DNA of 64,000 bases from Verrucomicrobiota bacterium (GTDB taxonomy: Bacteria; Verrucomicrobiota; Verrucomicrobiia; Limisphaerales; Palsa-1400), in the NCBI GenBank assembly GCA_049510745.1, contig JBEKYR010000008.1, positions 210,232 to 274,231 on the forward strand, written 5' to 3'. Below are positions 43,001 to 49,218 of this stretch, piece by piece. The position numbers and the translations under genes were made by a program. The notes under the pieces are model-generated. The model was given only the letters and a program-made list of their open reading frames with translations, was not told the origin of the DNA and made no database searches. The stretch's first letter is position 1. Each line of letters begins with the position of its first letter.

Positions 43001-45234
43001 CGGACAGCGACGGGAATTACCAGCTTACATACAATCCATTGGCCGGCTTCGCCGGCACGCTGACCATCTGGGCGGCAAATCCGCTGGTGGTGGACGTTTT
43101 GAATGAGGCGCAAGTCGTCATCTTCCGCATGTACGCGGTGCCTTCGGCGGCGGACGTGCAGATGTCCAAAAACGGCCAGTTGAGTTTTTCAATCCAGTTG
43201 TTGAACCCCGGCGATGTGCCGCTGACCGGTTTTACCAGTTCGGTTCAGGCCTGGCAACTGTCCGGCACCAACCAGATTCCAATTGGCACAGTCACGGGAA
43301 CCAACCAGATTCCGCCGGGTTTTGTGCTGGGTCCCGGCCAGACAGAAACGGTCAACCTGCAATTGTCCGCCGCCATCAACGCGCCGGATAACGCGCAGGC
43401 GCAATTCACGATCACCTCGGCCGAGGGCGCCACGGCCACCCTGACCGCCAGTTTGGATCTGTTCCCGGCCGTGCCGGTGCTCTCGGTGGTGAATCCGGCG
43501 GCGGGCTATTTGGAGGTGAGCCTGAACCGCGGCGACCAGCTTAGCGGCCAGATCACCATCGCCAACAGCGGGTTGATGGCGTTGCAGGGCATCACGCTTG
43601 CGCCGCCGACGAACAGTTGGATGGCGGTCAACCTGCCCGTGGCCAGCGACGGCCGGATTCACCTGCCGGATTTGGGGATCGGCCAGTCCAACACCTTTGC
43701 CGTCGTGTTCACGCCGCCGACCAATACGGTTCTGGGGTTTTATCAGGACGCGATCACGGTTCAGGGAACCAATGCGGCCAGTCCGTTCCCGGTGAATGTC
43801 TATGCCCAAGTCACCTCGTCGCAGACGGGCGGCATTCAGTTCGAAGTGGACGACATCCTCGGCGAGCAGGTGCCCAACGCCGCGATCCGCCTGCACAATA
43901 ACGCGCTGTTGTCCGACTGGGGACCATTCTACACCGATACCAACGGCTTGGTCACGGTCACCAATTTGCAGGAGGGCGATTGGAACTGGCAGGTCACGGC
44001 CGCCGGCTGCTCGGGCAATGTCGGCACGGTAACGGTCATTGCCGATCAAATCGTTTACCAGCCCACCCGTCTTTCCCGAAGCCTGGTCACGGTGAACTTC
44101 ACCGTGGTGCCGGTGCCTTTTACGGATTCATACCAAATCCAGGTGGAACAGACCTATGAAACCTACGTGCCGGTGGGGGTCCTGGTGCTCGACCCGCCGT
44201 ACCTGGGTTTCACCAATCTTCCCTCCGGCTTCCAGGCCACATTCACGACGAGCGCGGAAAACCAGGGCTTGGCGCAAATGACCGATGTGACGTTGACCGG
44301 TTCCGAAGCCAACGGCTTTTCCGTAACCCCTTTGATTACTTACATTCCAGTTCTCCTGCCGATGCAGTCGGTGGAAGTGCCTATGGTCGTGGCTCTGGAT
44401 TCTCCAGGGGTTGCCGGAGGCCAGAATGCACAGGCACGACAGTCCACCTCCGACTGCGTCAGTGCGCAAAACATTCAGGACTTCCTAACCGGAGTGATGG
44501 TCCTCGCGCAGGCCCTTCAAATGTGCCCCAAAGACAGCGCGCCGGAGACGAGCCTGGCCAATGAAATCCTCGAGGATGAAATTGAAGAAGCAACCATCGG
44601 GGAAAGTTTGGAAGGATCCGTCGCAGGAGCCACTGTGGCAGCCGAATTAGCCGGCGCGCTGATTGGGTGTGCCCATCCTGGCATCTCCAGTTTCTTCCTG
44701 GGGACCGGCGGCTACAGTGGCCCTTCCTACAACACACCGGTTGCTGCGCCAGGTTTTAACTTGCCCAATGGCTGTTTCTCCGCCTCCACCTCCGTCCTGA
44801 TGGGCGATGGAACGGAAAAACCGATCTCGGAGATTCGCATCGGCGACACCGTTCGCAGCGGTCCAAAGCCGGGAAACATCGCGGTTGTCTATGCCGTCTA
44901 TTCGCTGACCGCCACCAATTTCCAGGAAATCCGGTTTGTCAGCGCCGACGCGAAGAACGCGAGGAGTTTGACCGCCACCGACGAGCACCGGTTCTGGGTT
45001 GATGGCAAAGGCTGGGTGGCCGCCGGAGTTGTGGCCGCCGGTGACTGGCTGTTCGATTCGTCTGGCCGGCGCCTCAGCGTGGTTGCCAGCCAGTCCGTGA
45101 CCCGCAGCATGCCGGCTTATACCTTTAGTCTCGCCGATGACAACGCGTTCTACGCCAACGGCGTTTTGGTCCATGACCTGTGCGGCGCGCCGCCAGCCGG
45201 ATCGCGAGTCCGGACATCGGAGGTGGCCAAATGA
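28087..45234 (+). CDS. Giant (~5,700 aa) secreted multidomain surface protein with C-terminal Hint domain
   Basis: Signal peptide ending LAGA; carboxypeptidase-regulatory-like and putative-Ig repeats; GNLYGTT beta-propeller repeats (~35260-36330); three CARDB-like PDLA units (~36350-37490); FN3/Ig domains; Hint at 44773-45177. Confidence 0.9.
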   Translation: MRFVKQERFGLSRARLSLAVGTAQMLLLCHLAGAVTFSVTPAAVGNTYNGVITLQVGGLTNNETVVVQKFLDLNTNGVIDAGDWLVQQFNLTDGQPGMVIGGIVNSNVPGDTDTTPGQITAQLNFRNGDMVQNFVGQYAFKLSSPGGHFEPITNFFSVTNFPYAQKFTGNVVSNGTGTTVPNALVLLLGSGNKKALAGAVADNSGGYTIAAPPGTYMPVALKSGYVANFSTPPVLTLSSGQTNTTNLTLLSATASISGQLADANNSSIGLPGILLSARATNGLMGVSFTDGNGNFSVSVQTNLGQWEVAPNESGLIVHGYLELQNKGTSATAGQTNVTLALPRATALFYGSVKDNLGNPMPGLEIYADDNNNVYEGDGYTDANGNYAAVALGGLNNDPWRTQISSDTSPTNYFFSQPDFDWNDGTNISAGEAVLANFTAVLATNTISGSLKDGSGHPLGGIGVEASATINGVYYQLEAVDTDTNGKYSLNVANSTWTVAVLQYGSSDSLPANYFCLSQTVVISNNNATVNLTALFGTNTISGSLKDDSGNPIAGVWVWDNAWINGVTYYQGGKETDANGNYSLNVVNSTWTVGVNSCSDCGDGLPVKYLCPPTQTVVISNNNGTANFTALLATNDITGVVKDSNGNPIGGVGVWANATINGAGYFQYVDADTNGNYSLNVANGSWTVGVECNGGSDSLDNILGSGNYQCPNNQSVGITNNNGVANFAVPLCSGLTITTTSLPAGEVNVYYDQFLQASSCSSTLTWSLLAGSLPPGLTGDPFSGEIYGTATSAGAYDFIVQVIDGNGLRANQALSLTINGGELQVTTTSLSSGTTNVAYTSRQLTARGGQPPYRWSLASGMLPPGMSLSTNGVISGTPTVAGNSNFVVQVTDSVSATATKALSLVIYPFSTSVSFNVTPPAVSNFYTGIITLQVGGLVTGETVLVKKYRDNNGNGLIDAGDSEVQQFQLTDGQASVFYDGTTAVTNFNVAGDLTPADGAITAQLPLALSGSSQMTVAQYAFRLSSPTGRFAPITNLFNVTNSAFAQSFTGNVVCSGTNVPHALACLFIPPFSANITLIASSLADGDGGYRLSAPPGTYLLCAFKSGFVADAGNAPVLALGANATIPTNLSLLPATCSLSGRFVDAANTNAGLPCVHVKGGSANGLVTSGTADGNGNFALPATTDWWGVLGDSQSLDSQGYLGLQSAAIVNANAGSVAGVTIALARGTALVYGAVQDGQNHPLSGVRLSGSQNDGASPYVGDATSDQNGNYAMAVNDAGVWNAGISGNNPAFPNYLWSAGLGDTTFANGQAVQCNFTALVATNYITGSVLDSSNNPITNIQVYGSATIGNQDYNAASAFTDANGNYSLTVASGAWQITLDCDALGWLGYCCPNYPPVIVSGGNAVENFALVLNSEVQVTTTNLPPGYVGSPYDVFLQAAGCQPPFAWSVVSGSLPSGLQLASTGELSGTPNNADAFNFTAQVSDANNNTANQALSLIVNTNTPLEITTVSLLTATQAVFYTATLGASGGQKPYSWSLAPGSGPLPATLSLATNGVLSGTPATNGTFYFYVRATDAIKTTADQLLTLTVNGLTNNPYDSNVTFSVTPSAVSNSYMGAITLEIGGLANGETVVVQKYLDANSNGLVDAGDWLVQQFSLSDGLASMIDGVTNSNIPGDTDTTPGQITAKLNFRNGDFMQNIVGQYAFKLSSPTGRFAPITNLFSVTNFPYAQKFTGNVVSNGTSTTVSNALVLLFPPPRAGKSGPSGSPLAGAVADNSGSYSIQAPPGTYSLCAFKSNYLANFSTMPVLTLGSGATVTTNLALTNATSSISGNLVDANNSSIGLPAILLSAQAANGLMDVSFTDTNGNFTVGVASGQWGLRADDTSLIVHGYLGLQNRTYANAGQTGVALAVPQATALFYGSVKDTLGNPLTGIDVYASDNNDGLYETDGYTDANGNYWAAVLGGLGSDDPWQVDLSSNSRLANYLVSPPGFDSNGGTNMGAGQAALANFTALLATNYVSGSVKDNNGSPIAGVGVWAGTTINGLNYNAQTVDTDTNGNYSVMVGNGTWTIGINFGQCGDCLPGEYLCPPTQSVVISNNNGTANFTALLATNEITGSVTDSSGHPIGGVRLFANGTVGGVSYQSRQDTEGNGSCSLNVANGTWSVGLYCSGSDSDTLDNILGPGNYICPASQNVTITNNNGTASFIVQLCGVTITTTSLPAGQINVYYDQFLQGSSCSGTLSWSLLSGSPPPGLTWNPSSAEINGTPTTAGTYDFTVQVTDGLGHWTNQNFSLYIASSPSPLQVTTASLPNATQGVFYNQQLQASGGQPPYAWSLTPGSGSLPTGLSLATNGVISGAPALHGTFYFYVRVADAASATADRVLSLALQPAATITNGVTLSTWYQFTGGNDGGSPKAGLVQGNDGAFYGTAYSGGTMGDGTVFRIATNGVPIASVSFDYANGGGPEDGLVEGRDGSFYGTTSYGGANGWGALFNATTNGALTALHSFSFGDGGNNPCAGLVQGGDGNLYGTTPYWGTIYFTTNYNGTVFRISTNGAFQSLYSFTGGNDGANPTAQLAQGNDGSLYGTTHDGGSNGSGTVFKISTNGAFQSLYSFTGGNDGGHPLAGLALGSNGIFYGTTTGGGAGGCGTVFGITTNGAFNALYSFTGGNDGNSPYAGLAQGSDGNLYGTTLYGGAVGSGTVFGMTTNGVLATLYSFSGSGDGSQPLGSLLQGSDGCFYGTTSRGGAQDDGTVFRLSLTSAPSPDLAPLSVAAPASVITPQPNAAVQVAWSVTNQGAGQAPGGWCDRVWFSTNGVLDGNSAALGDFFNSQTLPPGGSYRQTNTVTLPLPAIAGGSYTLFVQADVYGQIYEFNKSNNISAGAHGLFTLAPPDLAVLAVNPATNNVVFYPASPQSPTVQLTWAVTNQGAGPAAGNWYDRVCVSTSVSIADGVSSQYFWQDWTSPPFAVGEEYQVTNTIWLPQQSGTYYLIVSVDDGNYIYEADKTNNVLASAPLTVNYQVRPPDLAVVSASAPATVASTQPYPGVQVTWSVTNQGTGVASGGWYDRVWFSTNGVLDGNSRDIGDFYQSQNLAAGGNYQQTNAVILPVTNSLSYTLFVQVDVYDQVYEPNKLNNLSAGVPEAFTLTPLWTIFATNNPPADGYISGTGSYLTGATNVLTAHPNFGYLFVNWTEGANVAGTNLSLTNVVFTNHVFAANYADATPTHVVTTATSPAGLAAVAGAGTYSNGQTAHFSAPLAITNPPSLYTFEQYTEGNNPVSSAAAFSKTFSTFDPASGQYVAVYSASPLLPIVVNVSLNLANPVPATTNFIVTVQFDRSMRTNPSPIIVLTNSAATLQPAVSGNGSWSATALSNDTYSTPPVTFISGMDGTNQIIVSGAQDLAGNVMALTNAGSAIVDATPPPVPVLAVTASNSSSVTVAWAAYAAPPDLSYFRVFFQPTNFTSVAGLPILTSLGSGARSFQFGGLALDTRYYAAVQAVDYAGNASGLSVLPVILPETVPPPVSVQAAPVGADSVLLSWNSYNTAALLGFAGFTLYEAPGNFTSVPGSLVGVPLGPSVQSYQVSGLDRAKTYYFAVVGFNLTNGFNPNVTTAVWSDPYAGNIGIDTTIGGAGQSQVPVYHSIVVVSNATLTLEPGTTLLFAPGASLTVQQGSLAANGTALAPIILDSANDTPGHIPAPGDWGGVILGSGAGSSSLNFVEVLYGGGLTVSGCSPAVSAFTANNNIPCGLALQNGAALTTSDALLTANGIGIQQSDTSALTIQNSVIQNNGTNAVASGSSPLNAASDWWGTAQAGTLAAQLQGNIVYTPFLTYEPVLTPAIGTSNGLTQVGSGLVNLQLACRTAEGMRLSEDYTFTGVFFTPFTNNTTFPLSAGGGLKRVYAQFRSVTGQTNAPLEVDVNYITAGPVIQSFSLAQGQTLNRPLTVTGSATAVLGMQDMEFYVDGVLAGTNAGGNLSQFFDIRALPNAIHEVKLLARDQSGNIATLQNTVIIALTPPPAPVITSPAAGLIVKTNLLSVSGSAEAGMNIQLTRNGQIVGATVADGTGLFTVSNATLVEGLNTLVAVAFDSTGTTPSAARNVIVETIPPAALVMNTPVYAPGTGLNVSWNFPPTGKLAVTFQLFWSQAPFGETNEATGHSIVLTGMADTLQGLSDGLYYFGVVGYDVTGAASPLSALVSTVYDATPPALTVSYSRAPPLGVGPVAISLTSSEALAGTPSLTLQPCGSVSPVLLSLTNVAVNTWQTAFTVTSSTPSGPVAVTASAQDLAGNVFNGVPNGPALAIDTVAPAASITTVPPPPVQTTNNVNVAVSLALTKPAGPGTMPTLSFTTPTGTNIVLTLSGGGSNWSGTLPLTPAAGAGFGQFSFSAQDAVGNVGSNLLAGGQLELYNTALPSAPAAPSGLSATSLAGGYVWLAWNAVSNAQIYRVYREPGTNLVPPAVLDLDHITSNGVADLPPSDGSYRYGVTASRLGSESGISNVVVAVSVRTPPLAPTNVTANLAASGVQISWQEPAGGTTPDHYNVYRNGTLIQTVSSVSPVVDYPPLGTNSYVVAAVDAVGNQNPSAPAVLFLPVAPVSNLAALSIAGQAPVLTWNTGGGSVGCNVYRNGIRQNAALITGTNYTDNLPLSDVVRYAVTAVNGSAQESPPRMVTVYPVRLSLLVNSLGRGADNPLLTGYFDQFQVGVSNLGSSNSLPLQQVQLLRTITGLEPLVVTLGAPTNVSAGTQLQELITVPESSVVAAQSVQVTVFQQTDSAGSTVVYENTFNLTDSRLPGTEIALSVNQLPLVGGVTPFQLQIFNRGYADMEVIVSRAFGAQPGDVFVSVQNSFGQEVSRTALSGLVSGATYLMDGTAYVTIPPGASHILTITNVLVPAALGGATNVTFLGVASEIYNQLETTNQQVSGPLSGSMVSPSLAQTPYYGTAQTDKADYSNNDPILISGQALDRTSGLPVPNVPLNIGFAARGFHWYQSVTTDSDGNYQLTYNPLAGFAGTLTIWAANPLVVDVLNEAQVVIFRMYAVPSAADVQMSKNGQLSFSIQLLNPGDVPLTGFTSSVQAWQLSGTNQIPIGTVTGTNQIPPGFVLGPGQTETVNLQLSAAINAPDNAQAQFTITSAEGATATLTASLDLFPAVPVLSVVNPAAGYLEVSLNRGDQLSGQITIANSGLMALQGITLAPPTNSWMAVNLPVASDGRIHLPDLGIGQSNTFAVVFTPPTNTVLGFYQDAITVQGTNAASPFPVNVYAQVTSSQTGGIQFEVDDILGEQVPNAAIRLHNNALLSDWGPFYTDTNGLVTVTNLQEGDWNWQVTAAGCSGNVGTVTVIADQIVYQPTRLSRSLVTVNFTVVPVPFTDSYQIQVEQTYETYVPVGVLVLDPPYLGFTNLPSGFQATFTTSAENQGLAQMTDVTLTGSEANGFSVTPLITYIPVLLPMQSVEVPMVVALDSPGVAGGQNAQARQSTSDCVSAQNIQDFLTGVMVLAQALQMCPKDSAPETSLANEILEDEIEEATIGESLEGSVAGATVAAELAGALIGCAHPGISSFFLGTGGYSGPSYNTPVAAPGFNLPNGCFSASTSVLMGDGTEKPISEIRIGDTVRSGPKPGNIAVVYAVYSLTATNFQEIRFVSADAKNARSLTATDEHRFWVDGKGWVAAGVVAAGDWLFDSSGRRLSVVASQSVTRSMPAYTFSLADDNAFYANGVLVHDLCGAPPAGSRVRTSEVAK
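44773..45177 (+). other. Hint (intein-like) domain within the giant protein
   Basis: Block A CFSASTSVLMGDG.KPISEIRIGD, block B LTATDEHRFWV, block F/G YTFSLADDNAFYANGVLVHD. Confidence 0.88.
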
Positions 45235-48200
45235 GATATTTGCCTGACTTCGGGTGTCGTTTCCGGGCGGGTGTTCTGCTCCTGCTCTTGTTGCCTTGGA
45301 CCGGCGCGGCCCAGGAGCAACAACAGGGACTCTGCGCCCAGGTCAAGATCATGATTTCGCAGCAAATGACCCTGGAACGGATCGGCTTTCAGGCCACCCT
45401 GCAAATCACGGACAATGACCCGAACGATCCGATCACTGGGTTTGCCGCCAATCTGACCTTTGAGAATCCCGCCCTCTCCACCAACGGAACGGTCAACGAT
45501 TCCTCCAGCCTGTTCTTCGTCCAGCCGCCGACCCTGCAAAACGTGGCCAGCGTCAACGGCAGCGGCGTCTTCTCGCCGGGGCAGACCGCGACGATCGTCT
45601 GGTTCATTATCCCCACGACCAATGCCGGCGGCATGAGTCCCAACGGCGTTGTCTATAATGTCGGGGCCAAGTTGAGCGGGCAGATTCGCGGGGTGGATAT
45701 CCCCGCCTCCAGCCTGACGGTCTATCCGGCGCCGATCACCGTCCAACCCGACGCCCAGCTTGCCATCACCTACTTCACGCCGCGCGATGTGACGGGGGAC
45801 AACCCGTTTACGCCGCAGGTGGAAAGTCCCATCCCGTTCACCTTCGGGGTGCTGGTGCAAAATGTCGGCTACGGGACGGCCAACAGCGTGATCATCAACT
45901 CGCAGCAGCCCAAGATCGTTGAAAACACGCAGAATCTGCCATTGATCGCCCAACTGCTCGGATCGCGGGTGAATGATTCGCCGCTGGCCAACGCCAATCT
46001 GACGGTCAACCTGGGCAATCTCTTGCCTGGCCAGGCCAGCAAGGGGGCCTGGGACATGATTTGCTCGATCTCGGGCACGTTCCTTTCCGTCAACGCCACC
46101 TACACCCACTCCACCGCGCTGGGCGGCGCGGAAACTTCGCTCATCAGGTCGGTCAACGCCTATCTTTTCTTGCACGAGGTGCTGGACGACCTGCCGGGCC
46201 GCGACAGCGTCCGCGATTTCCTGGCCGACACGAGCGGGACATTGGATGCTGTCAACAATCTGATCCCCGACTCGCTCTACGAGAGCGAGGGCGGCGTCTT
46301 TCCGGTCAACTTCATGACCAACGCCTCGGTGTCCGGCTCGGGCAACCCGGTGCAGGTGAACCTGAACGCGAATTTCGCCGGCTGGGGTTACATCCGCCTG
46401 AACGACCCCATGCAAGCGGCTTTGCCCATCGCCAGCGTGGTGCGCTCGGACGGCAAGGTTCTGAACACGAACAACTATTGGACGAGCATTCACTACGAGC
46501 CGGCAACCAATTTCAAGGATACCTACCTGAACTTGTTTGATTACACGGGCCTGGGTTCCTACACCTACACGGTGACGTACGCCAATTCCGTGGCCAGCAC
46601 CAACCCGCCCGTGACGAGCCTGCTGTTCGCCGGACCGTCCACGTTCACCAATGGCGCCTATTATGTCACGCCCGAAACCCAGATGTATTTCATCTCCCAG
46701 GACACAACTCCGGTCAGCATCTATTATAGTCTCACCAACGGCCCGTTCCAGCCCGCCTACCCCTTCAGCTTGAGCAGTCCGGGCCAGTATCAGGTGACGT
46801 ATTACGCCACGGACGCCAACGGCAACCAGGAAACCAATCACACGGCCACGCTGGTGGTGGCGGGGGCGGCTTCATTGGGCTTCGCCAGCGTCAACGTGCC
46901 GGCCCAGCCGCTCTTTGTTCCGGGGGACGCGCTGTCCGTCCGGCCGGGAATTGCTCCGATCACTTTCCAGGCGTTGGCCAATCCGACAACTGTCAATGCG
47001 CGGGTGGACATTTTCCAGGGGGTGGCCGGCTGGGCCATGGTGGCCGGCGTGCCTTCCTCGCCGACGGCCGGCGCCTCGGCGTCGTTGAGGATTGGGGGCG
47101 GCAACGTGGATTTCTACATTTATCAGGTGAATTCCGGCGCCTGGAGCGCGGAGCAACCGGTCAGTTCTCCGCTCACTTTGTCCGGTTTGGGGCCGGGAAG
47201 CAACACGGTGTCCGTCCTCGGCCGCTCGCAATACGGAACGTATTTGGACCCGAGCAATGCGGTGAGCGTGGGTTGGGTGGTTGATTCGGCGGCGCCGGCC
47301 ACGGTCATCACGGGCGCGCCGGCCACTCCAAGTCTTGACACCTCGGCCCAATTGACCGTCGGCGGCGCCAACGTCACCGGCTATCGCTGGACCATTAACA
47401 ACGGGTATTACCGCCCGGACACCAACGTGGCCAGTTCGATTGTCCTGACCAATCTTACCGGGACGCAACAGGTCGTGGCCGTGCTTGGCGACATCAACGG
47501 CATCGAGCAGCCGACCAATAATCCCACCACCGTGGCGTGGACCATCAATGCGCTCTACGGTTACGACCTCAGTTCGCTCACGGCGGTAAGGAGCGTGGCG
47601 TTCACGAACATCAGCGGACCGATTACCTTTGACTGGGATGGGAGCAGTGACGCCGGAGTGCCGCAGCCGCCGGGATGGTACACGGTGCGGGTGACGCTCA
47701 GTGACACGCTGGGTCACACCAACTTCACCACCGGCCTGGCGCAAATCAACGCGTTGTCCGGGACGAACATCACCCTGGCCGATTTCACCCGCGGTTCCCA
47801 GAGTCCTTATGCGCGCGGACGCCGGGTGGTGTGGCAGGACCAGAGCGACGGCAACTGGGAAATCTACGCCCGCGATCTAACCGCCAGCAACGGCGCCATT
47901 GTGCAAGTCACGCACACCAATTTGAGCCAGGAAAATCCCCGCACCGACGGCCGTTACGTCGTCTGGCAGGCCCAGCAGCCCAATGGGACTTGGAATGTCT
48001 ATTGGGACGATTTGGACGGCACCAACGGGCCGCAGGCGCTGACCAGCACGCCGACGATCAATGAAGTCAGTCCGGCGATGGATTGGCCGTGGGTGGTTTA
48101 TCAGGGGCGCTCGGCCCTCAACACCAACGCCCCCTGGCAGATCTTCGCCTGTGATTTGGTCACCACCCAAACCGTCCAGGTCTCCGTTTCCTCGCAGGAT

Positions 48201-49214
48201 GAGATTGCCCCCGATGTCCAGGCCGGCCGGGTCGTCTGGCAGGATTTCCGCAACGTCGGCCCCGGTCAAATTTATTTCAGCGACTTGTCCACCGGCCAGG
48301 TCAGGCGCCTTTCCACCAGCACCTTCGGCCAGTATAATCCCGCCATTTACGGCAATTGGATCGTCTGGGCCGACAACCGCAACATCGAACTGGATATTTG
48401 GGGATTTGATCTCTTGCGCAACAAGGAAATCCAGATCACCGACACTCCGGAGGATGAGTCCCAGCCTTTCCTGAACGGTCCGTGGGTGCTTTGCCAGGAG
48501 AATTCTCTCGGCCCGCAAACCGGCAACGGCCGATTGATCCACCTGCCCAGCCTGCTGACCGTGCCGGTGACCAGGACCGCCACGCTCAAGACTTGTCCGG
48601 CGCTGGCGGACGGTTGGGCGGTCTGGCAGGAAACCGTCAGCAACCAGTCGCGCATCGCGGCGGCGGCCTTGCCGGCATTGCAGCCGGTTTTCCAAAATCG
48701 CAACCTGGTGGCGGTGACCGCCGCCATGGCCGCATTCGCGCAAAATGCCTACGGCCTGTTGTCCAATTGGGGTGCCAACGGCGTGGAGGAAATCACCCAA
48801 TACACTTCCCTGACGCCGCAGGTGGCCAGCCAGACGGCGGTGTGGACCAATGGCGCGCCCTCCGGCCCCAATTTCAGCCTCGTAGCCGGGGCCTTCCTGG
48901 GGATGAAGTTCGACCGCCGGCAAGTGCTCGATCTTGGCGTCAACAATAGTTCCGCCCTGGACCTTTCCGCCGGGGCCAATGTCTTCGGCTACACTGGTTT
49001 TCCGGATTCCTACAGCGCCTTCCAGCTTCTGCGCCAGATTGGGACCAACACCGCCCTTTCCGTGCGCATGCTGGACGCGGAGTCGGGCAGTTGGCTGGTG
49101 GCGGAAGTGCAAAACGGCGCCCTGGTCGGGAACGATTTCCCGATTCCGGCCGTGGCGGTTTTGATGGTGAATCTGGCCGGGCCGGTGTCGCAGTTTATGC
49201 CGCAATCGCAATAG
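45231..49214 (+). CDS. Large secreted partner protein (N-terminal CAQVKI domain, Ig/FlgD-like domains, TolB-like beta-propeller)
   Basis: ATGA overlap with the giant gene and GGAGG RBS; signal peptide; FDWDG...PPGWYTVRV; repeated VVWQD.. blades. Confidence 0.88.
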   Translation: MRYLPDFGCRFRAGVLLLLLLPWTGAAQEQQQGLCAQVKIMISQQMTLERIGFQATLQITDNDPNDPITGFAANLTFENPALSTNGTVNDSSSLFFVQPPTLQNVASVNGSGVFSPGQTATIVWFIIPTTNAGGMSPNGVVYNVGAKLSGQIRGVDIPASSLTVYPAPITVQPDAQLAITYFTPRDVTGDNPFTPQVESPIPFTFGVLVQNVGYGTANSVIINSQQPKIVENTQNLPLIAQLLGSRVNDSPLANANLTVNLGNLLPGQASKGAWDMICSISGTFLSVNATYTHSTALGGAETSLIRSVNAYLFLHEVLDDLPGRDSVRDFLADTSGTLDAVNNLIPDSLYESEGGVFPVNFMTNASVSGSGNPVQVNLNANFAGWGYIRLNDPMQAALPIASVVRSDGKVLNTNNYWTSIHYEPATNFKDTYLNLFDYTGLGSYTYTVTYANSVASTNPPVTSLLFAGPSTFTNGAYYVTPETQMYFISQDTTPVSIYYSLTNGPFQPAYPFSLSSPGQYQVTYYATDANGNQETNHTATLVVAGAASLGFASVNVPAQPLFVPGDALSVRPGIAPITFQALANPTTVNARVDIFQGVAGWAMVAGVPSSPTAGASASLRIGGGNVDFYIYQVNSGAWSAEQPVSSPLTLSGLGPGSNTVSVLGRSQYGTYLDPSNAVSVGWVVDSAAPATVITGAPATPSLDTSAQLTVGGANVTGYRWTINNGYYRPDTNVASSIVLTNLTGTQQVVAVLGDINGIEQPTNNPTTVAWTINALYGYDLSSLTAVRSVAFTNISGPITFDWDGSSDAGVPQPPGWYTVRVTLSDTLGHTNFTTGLAQINALSGTNITLADFTRGSQSPYARGRRVVWQDQSDGNWEIYARDLTASNGAIVQVTHTNLSQENPRTDGRYVVWQAQQPNGTWNVYWDDLDGTNGPQALTSTPTINEVSPAMDWPWVVYQGRSALNTNAPWQIFACDLVTTQTVQVSVSSQDEIAPDVQAGRVVWQDFRNVGPGQIYFSDLSTGQVRRLSTSTFGQYNPAIYGNWIVWADNRNIELDIWGFDLLRNKEIQITDTPEDESQPFLNGPWVLCQENSLGPQTGNGRLIHLPSLLTVPVTRTATLKTCPALADGWAVWQETVSNQSRIAAAALPALQPVFQNRNLVAVTAAMAAFAQNAYGLLSNWGANGVEEITQYTSLTPQVASQTAVWTNGAPSGPNFSLVAGAFLGMKFDRRQVLDLGVNNSSALDLSAGANVFGYTGFPDSYSAFQLLRQIGTNTALSVRMLDAESGSWLVAEVQNGALVGNDFPIPAVAVLMVNLAGPVSQFMPQSQ

Positions 49215-49218
49215 ATCT

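Noticed and set aside
44773..45234. Splicing intein or polymorphic toxin
   Set aside because: No terminal Asn, the +1 residue is Leu, there is no endonuclease domain, no C-terminal toxin and no immunity-like gene.
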